Of a stretch of DNA of 64,000 bases, positions 54,887-64,000 are shown one piece after another. Location of the stretch: the NCBI GenBank assembly GCA_964016885.1, contig OZ024757.1, positions 38,378,001 through 38,442,000 on the forward strand. The letters are read 5' to 3'. How positions within the stretch are numbered: the stretch's first letter is position 1; each line of letters opens with the position of its first letter. The notes under the pieces are model-generated. The model did not search any database. It saw nothing but the letters and a program-made list of their open reading frames with translations, and was not told the DNA's origin. Position numbers and translations under genes: made by a program. The DNA is from Eledone cirrhosa (taxonomy: Eukaryota).

Positions 54887-55293
54887 CTGGATGGATATAA
54901 TATATATACATATATAGAGAGTGAGAGAGATATGTAGAATAACGATTGCGGACTCTTTCTTTCTCTTTCTCTCTCTCTCTTTCTCTCTAGCTCTCGCTCT
55001 CGCTCTCGCTCTCTCTCTCGCTCTCTCTCTGATGATGTATGTGTAAAACATATATAGAGAAAGAGAATTAGTGTGTTTGTGTGTGAGAGAGCTAGAGACT
55101 GGCAGAAAGAGACAGTATCATCACGTATGTACTGTGTGTGAAGGCGGTGCACCAAGTATAATTATATAAACCTGCTGAAGATTCATTACATTTTTTTTTT
55201 AGCGTAGTAAGGAGACAATGTTTTTCTTACTATCTGAAACTAATAAAGACACGAAAGTACTGAATGCTTCCTTAACAACCGAAATAGAAATAT

Positions 55294-55345
<52 letters not shown>

Positions 55346-55414
55346 GTGTGTGTGTGCATTTTACCATTTCCGCTCTTCCACACTCCTCCACACAAATATA
55401 TGCGTGTGTACACA

Positions 55415-57982
<2,568 letters not shown>

Positions 57983-58435
57983 AGGAGAATTATATATATA
58001 TATATATAGGTAGGTATAGATATGTACATATGCATATAACATACTCTTACATAGGTTTGGCCGTTGTCCAATAACTGAAACCAGTGAAATAGCAAAATAA
58101 CATATACATTTATGAAGTTTTCTTTTCATTTTAACACATTTTCCACCTCTTTATATCTCACGTCAATTTTTGAGAGAATATGTCATTATTCATTTGGATC
58201 TAATGACCCGAATGACATGATTTACTTGAAGGATAGAATTGAGAATTCTATGACTGTTGTTAACAGTTGTAAATTGTTCTTCTGTTTGTATCTGGTTATT
58301 ACGTTTGGTTTTGTTTTTTCTTGGTGAGGAAAGGCGGTCAACTTTGTCATTGTTTACCGTCGTTTCCAGAGGTTCTTTTAGTTTTCTTTTCCTTTCCTCG
58401 CATGTATGTTACTATTATCATTGTTTACAGGACAA

Positions 58436-58545
58436 TAACTGTTTCTATATTTGGCACAAGGCCAGCAAATATCCAGTACATTACTGGTACTTTATTTTGT
58501 ACTGGGTAATTGCTGGCCTTGTGTCAAAAGTAGAAACATTAATTG
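58436..58545. mobile_element. Two SINE family A tails fused as an inverted repeat
   Basis: gtttctatatttggcacaaggccagcaaatatccagtac ... gtactgggtaattgctggccttgtgtcaaaagtagaaac. Confidence 0.85.
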
Positions 58546-58587
58546 TCCTGTAGTCAATGATGATGATGATAATAGAGCACAGTCATG

Positions 58588-58878
58588 GTTTCTACTTTTG
58601 GCACAAGGCCATCATTTACCCAGTGCATTACTGGTACTTTATTTTATCGACCCCGTAAGGATGAAAGGCAAAGTTAACCTCGGTGGGATTTGAACTCGGA
58701 TGATAAAGGGACGTAACTCGTTGCTGCAAAGCATGGCGTCCGACATAAGCGCGGTGGTTTGGAGCATAGTTACGACATATACGTATCATGGTTTTCAGCA
58801 TAGTTACGGCTCTTTACATTCTGAGTTCAAATCCAGCCGAGGTTAGCTTTGCCATTCATCCTTACGGGGTCGATAAAG
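58588..58878. mobile_element. Divergent inverted pair of SINE family A copies (minus 58588-58745, plus ~58780-58878)
   Basis: ttatcgaccccgtaaggatgaaaggcaaagttaacctcgg...gaactc is inverted against gagttc...ccgaggttagctttgccattcatccttacggggtcgataa. Confidence 0.88.
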
Positions 58879-59465
58879 ACTGACGTTGCAGGTGCTAATG
58901 TTGTTGTTATCATTGTCGATGTTGTCGGTTTTAACGTGTATCTCTTTATATATGTTGTTAATTCTGTTGTTATTGCTGCTATTTGCGTTATCATCGTCGT
59001 CAGTGTCACCGTTGTCATTTTTTTCTTGGCCTGTTTTCTTTGTGCTCTTCTTATTTTTCTGCAGAAGGTAATTCCTGTTCGTTATCTCGGCAAAATTGCT
59101 GCAGGATCTGCTAAAGAATAATTCTTTGAGATGTTTGATAACTATTAGAAACCTCATTTACATATAGCAACATTTAATTGCCTTGTCACGTCTCAGATTC
59201 TTATGATGGTGTAGTTGTATATTGATCGTAATACCACTAACATTACGCGAACAATCTTTTATATGATGTCGTTGTTTTCACCCACCCAAAGTAAGATTTA
59301 ATTGAACCATCATACTGTGCACATTACGTCAACCATCTTGTCGTCCATTGTTCACAAATCCCATAAAAAAAAACCCACGTAGTCGATTCCACTTGAGTAT
59401 TATGTCTATTTTGGGAATTACGTCTTTAACTAGAAGTTGCATGCAATGCAAAGACAGAACAATAT

Positions 59466-59966
59466 TTATCTATCTAGGGCGGGTAAAATTCCCGAGATCC
59501 ATGGAGGAGTTCTCCCCAGCGGTCTGTCCCTCATTATCGCTGCCATGTCCTGCGTCTCCCAGAGACTAGTGTCTGTTCTTAAGGCATCAACATGTTAACC
59601 TCCGTCTTCCTCTTCCAGTATGTCCATGCAGGGGCTCCCATAGGAGCACTGAGTGCAGTGTCAACTCTGGATGTCGGTGAGCATGTTCAGCTAACCTCAG
59701 TCTCCTCTGTGTCGCTTTCGAGAGGAAGAGCAAAGCCGAGGCGGCGTGCCACAGCTTGAGATCGGTGTGGAAGTCGGACCTTCATAAAGACCTGAAGATC
59801 CGCCTCTTCGTTGCTGTAGTGGAGTCTGTGCTGCTGTACAGGTCTGAGACTTGGACACTGACTAAGATACTCACTCAGATGGTGGATGGGTGCTACATGA
59901 GAATGCTGAGGATGGCTCTGAACATTAATCGGTATACCCTGAGGATGAAGAACTGAGCTGTACAGG
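59466..59966 (-). pseudogene. 5'-truncated, 5'-inverted RTE-clade LINE with 10-bp TSD
   Basis: Minus 59720->59473 encodes SKATQRRLRLAEHAHRHPELTLHSVLLWEPLHGHTGRGRRRLT..VDALRTDT..MRDR; plus 59721-59966 encodes the upstream ACHSLRSVWKSDLHKDLKIRLFVAVVESVLLYRSETWTLTK...DGCYMRMLRMALN; TSD AGAACAATAT at 59456-59465 and 59967-59976. Confidence 0.9.
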
Positions 59967-60194
59967 AGAACAATATATGAGGGAGATAAACCTAACTTTC
60001 AGACACTCTATATTCCACATTTACATTTGCATGGTCCCGTAAATCCTGAGGGAGTCATTAGTGTTGACATACGGTGTTTCCTGGGCATTTCGAAACCTGG
60101 CGGAGCCCATCCATCTCCAGGTCTGAATCCAGCAGATTTCTTCTCGAGAAGGATAGAGAGATTAGAATTAAGAGATATAAAGGAAGACTCGCAC

Positions 60195-60322
60195 CAGACT
60201 GGTACTTTTTTTATCGGCTTGGAAAGGCAAAGGTGACATCGGCGGAATTCGAACGCAGAGAACCAAAACGAATACTGCAAAGCATTCTATCTGGCATTCT
60301 AACGTCTCCGCTATTTCGCTGC
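60195..60322 (-). mobile_element. Old SINE family A-related copy
   Basis: actggtacttttttatcgg...gaaaggcaaaggtgacatcggcggaattcgaacgcagag...ctgcaaagcatt. Confidence 0.7.
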
Positions 60323-60394
60323 TCATATTCCACATATATACTACAAAACATCTTTCTTTTTCTCCTCCACCTCTGAATATATCATAAAGAAGCC

Positions 60395-60648
60395 AGCCAA
60401 TCGACAAGATCTGACCTTATTTGATTAACGAGTGAGATGGAGCTCGTCAAATCGGACGGAGGAAGCAATGTTTACATTGGTCTTTCCAATTGTTAATATT
60501 ATCTATGGGTCGCAACTCCAGATAGAAGGAGCAACGTGAAATAAAGTGTCGTGTTCAAGGACATATCGCATCACCCGGTCCGCGAATCGAAGTCACAACC
60601 TCACGATTTCGTATCCAATTCTCTAACCACTCAGCCCCACACATTCAT
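60395..60648 (-). mobile_element. tRNA-derived SINE family D copy
   Basis: Reverse complement of 52093-52285 (cgtgaaataaagtgtc...cccggtccgcgaatcgaa...ctaaccactcagcc). Confidence 0.85.
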
Positions 60649-61984
60649 ATATCAAACTATTTAAAGAATTTTGATCAAAATAAGAATACGCCTGACTATA
60701 ATTGTATGTCTAATGCTGTTCTTAATCAATACAACCTCACTTGTTTGTTACTAATCGATAAAATTAATATATATATATATAATCACATTTGCATGAATTA
60801 CCTTGATTATTATATTGTTGTTGTTTTTTTTATTTGGGAATTAGATAAATCAAATGAATGTTTTCTTATATAGGAAATAGAACAAACATACCTTGAAGGA
60901 GAATAAATATTATTTAGAATGTTTTGATAATTATACAACCGCTGTATTATTTAAAAAAAGATTTACGTGTACTCATAGTGAAAGTGGTGATGTATTTTAA
61001 AAGGCATTGTATGTTCTATTTATATAAAATGTAGATGTTTTGTTGCTAGGGTTTCTTAACTGCAAGACATTTTAATAGATAAACAGACCAACAAAACATA
61101 CTGGCGGTCCCTAATATCATAAACGTTTTAAAGGGAAGAGTTAGATGAGGCTGTACTTCCTTCTTCTTCCAATATATTACGTTAAACAGATCGTACTATT
61201 ATCCAAATGAAAGTTACCAAACATAATGTTAAGACCTCGTCACCGGTTTCAATATTTCAGTAAATATTTTACTGTGAACGACGTGTTACCTCAGCGTTGT
61301 GTTAGTGTTGAGAAAGCTGCTACATGATTCATATTTATTGGAGATCAAAGTTAGACTTGTCAATGAATGACTCGCCGACTATTAACAAAAGTTTCCACTG
61401 TGAAAATAATTATTTCACCTTAATATATCAGCCAAATCAAAGTCAAATATATTTCGTAAGTTCTCAATAAAACATGTTTTTCGCTATATTATCTCCATAA
61501 ATAAAACTCAGCTGATACCCGGAAAATACGCTGAATGGATGTATTATTTCGATCAACTAAGTTTATGCCATAAATCACCCAAAGCGAAGATTAATTGTGC
61601 AAGAGAATCGTCGATAGCAACACCAGAATAGCTACTGTAACATTTTCGTTAATTACACATAATCCAACATATATATTATTCTTCGGACTCAGCAACGACT
61701 ACGGTTTAAATAATTATTTAAATAAATAAATATATAAATTCTATGCACATAAATAAGTCATTTAAATAAAGTCTGTTAAGGTGAGTAGTTTCCACTAACC
61801 ACCTCACTAGTTAGATAGTGCTTCTTAATTCTAGTTGCTTTATGAGGTTCTGTTTTCTATGCTTCTCTATCTTTCTATTTTATAAAGATTCGGGACGAGA
61901 CGGCTGAGCTTTTGCCGTTTCAACGAGTCTGGGTCTAGCTGTTGAAACGATAAGAGACTCTTTCCGACTACCTATATATCCACC

Positions 61985-62370
61985 ATCACTATCTCATGTT
62001 CTCCTCCATCACTTCCTTTATACCTCTTCCTCCACCACATCTCCCTGATAGCATCAGTGTCTCCTCATCCTTCTCCTCCTCCTCTACCTGTTAGCATCAA
62101 TGTCTCCTCCGCCTCTCTCCGTTAGCATCAGTCTCCCCCTCTTCCACCTCGCTCTGTTAACACCAGTGTCTCACCCTCTTCCTCCTCTCCCTGTTAGCAT
62201 GTGTCTCGCCCTCTTTCTCCTCTCCCTGTTAGCGCCAGTCTCTCCCCTCCTACTCCGTCTTTCCTTCTCTCTCTCTCCCACCTCTCTCTCATTGCCTCTC
62301 TCTCTCTCTCTCTCCACCCCCTCTCTCTCTACACACCATCTCACTCTCACCCCATCTCTCCCCTACACGT
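61985..62370. repeat. Pyrimidine-rich minisatellite with core CTGTTAGCATCAGTGTCTC
   Basis: Six diverged copies of the core at about 35-45 bp spacing with CT-rich linkers. Confidence 0.8.
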
Positions 62371-62825
62371 TCTCCATATCTGTTCATTTAAACATCATTT
62401 GTTTTATTTCCGTCTACATAATCTAGAACCGATATTTATTTTTAATGAAGTTATTATCGTCATGATATAGATTTTCCTATTATTCCTGTGTAAAGACGGA
62501 TCGATTCAGATTGAATATATTTTTCTTCTTTTATCAGTGTCGTTCTTGGATCTAAATGATAAATTTAAATCTTTTGAAACAGTTTTTGTTAGGCACTTCA
62601 CTGTTGCATATCTTGTTTTGGTTTAACGAGGGATCATCCCCAGATTCTGATAATTAAAGATAAGGGCCGAATCTTCCTCAAAATCCCCAATTAGAATAAT
62701 GTATATATATGGTGGTGGTGATGCCTTTCGGCTGGAAAACGTGATACACTAGTATACATATATATATATATGTTAGAGCACTCTTTTTTCCTTTGGAATT
62801 ACCTATGTATAGAACAGAGCTACTT

Positions 62826-62960
62826 AATTAGAAAGTGAGACAAAATATAACTATTCCATTACCAAAGGTTTATTGGATCACAGACGTATATATATATCAT
62901 CGTCTGATCCAGAAACCTTTGGTAATGGAGTTGTATTTTGTGTTGTTCACTTTCTAATTA
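62826..62960. mobile_element. ~135-bp foldback island
   Basis: taattagaaagtga..tccattaccaaaggttt..cagacg(TA-rich loop)cgtctg..aaacctttggtaatgga..tcactttctaatta. Confidence 0.8.
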
Positions 62961-63199
62961 TATATATATATAGTATAAGAATAAAGGAACAAAGAATCAA
63001 TGTTGCATCATAACGTATTTAATTACATATGTTTCACTGTCGATCAGCTCTAGGAACGATCTATTATTGATCGAAGGTGAAACTAGAATCGAAAGATCCT
63101 CAGATATGCCACAGTATGTAAGCTCGTCTCTTGATATATATAGGAAGAAGTATGACCCCGACGGCAGAGCTCAAGCCGTTTCGACGGGTAATTCTAGAC

Positions 63200-63228
63200 A
63201 GTGTATATATCTCTCTCTCTCTATATAT

Positions 63229-63301
<73 letters not shown>

Positions 63302-63304
63302 CAC

Positions 63305-63341
<37 letters not shown>

Positions 63342-63346
63342 CACAC

Positions 63347-63377
<31 letters not shown>

Positions 63378-63591
63378 CACATATATATATATGTATATGT
63401 ATATATATATATATGTGATACACTAGTATACACACATATATATACACACATATATATACACACATATATATACACACATATATATATATATACACATATA
63501 TATACACACATATATATATACACACACACATATATTTATACACACACACACATATATATATACACACACATATATATATATATATATATAT

Positions 63592-63632
<41 letters not shown>

Positions 63633-63961
63633 ATATGTGTGTGTGTATATATGTGTGTATATGTGTGTGTGTGTGTATATATATGTGTGTGTATATATAT
63701 GTGTGTGTGTGTATATATATGTGTGTGTGTGTATATATATGTGTGTGTGTATATATGTGTGTGTGTGTGTGTATATATGTGTGTGTGTGTGTATATATGT
63801 GTGTGTGTGTGTGTATATATGTGTGTGTGTGTGTGTATATATGTGTGTGTGTGTGTATATATGTGTGTGTGTGTGTATATATATATGTGTGTGTGTGTGT
63901 ATATATATGTGTGTGTGTGTGTATATATATGTGTGTGTGTATATATGTGTATATATATATT
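63200..63961. repeat. (TA)/(CA) tract followed by a (TA)/(TG) tract
   Basis: Polarity switches from CA to TG at about 63590. Confidence 0.95.
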
Positions 63962-64000
63962 ATGTCAGGTCACCACTTGGTGCTACTGGTAACATGTATC
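63962..64000 (+). mobile_element. 5' end of a second copy of the 41598 RTE-derived element (runs off the window)
   Basis: atgtcaggtcaccacttggtgctactggtaacatgtatc differs by one base from 41598-41636. Confidence 0.9.

Noticed and set aside
58843-59157. Hydrophobic or Asn/Asp-rich ORFs
   Set aside because: They derive from degenerate (GTT)/(ATC) trinucleotide repeats and a SINE end.

Overview
AT-rich eukaryotic (animal) DNA, intergenic or intronic, with no credible intact protein-coding gene. All long ORFs in the track are translations of (TA)/(TG)/(CA)/(TC) microsatellites. The SINE families and microsatellite load resemble those of Octopus (recognised from memory, not searched). Contents: (i) several kilobase-scale compound microsatellites and minisatellites; (ii) about 25 copies or fragments of at least four tRNA-related SINE families, some nested with target-site duplications (TSDs); (iii) three RTE-clade LINE relics, one 5'-inverted with a 10-bp TSD and one internally deleted 5'UTR+3'end element seen twice; (iv) Tc1/mariner-type MITEs; (v) short islands and foldbacks embedded in (TA)n, some carrying type I hammerhead-ribozyme cores typical of Penelope-like elements (best at 7561-7626 and 30893-30929, minus strand); and (vi) two copies of a palindromic element whose arms are convergent tRNA-like A/B-box cassettes. 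Boundaries were read by eye and are approximate unless a TSD or terminal inverted repeat (TIR) is quoted.
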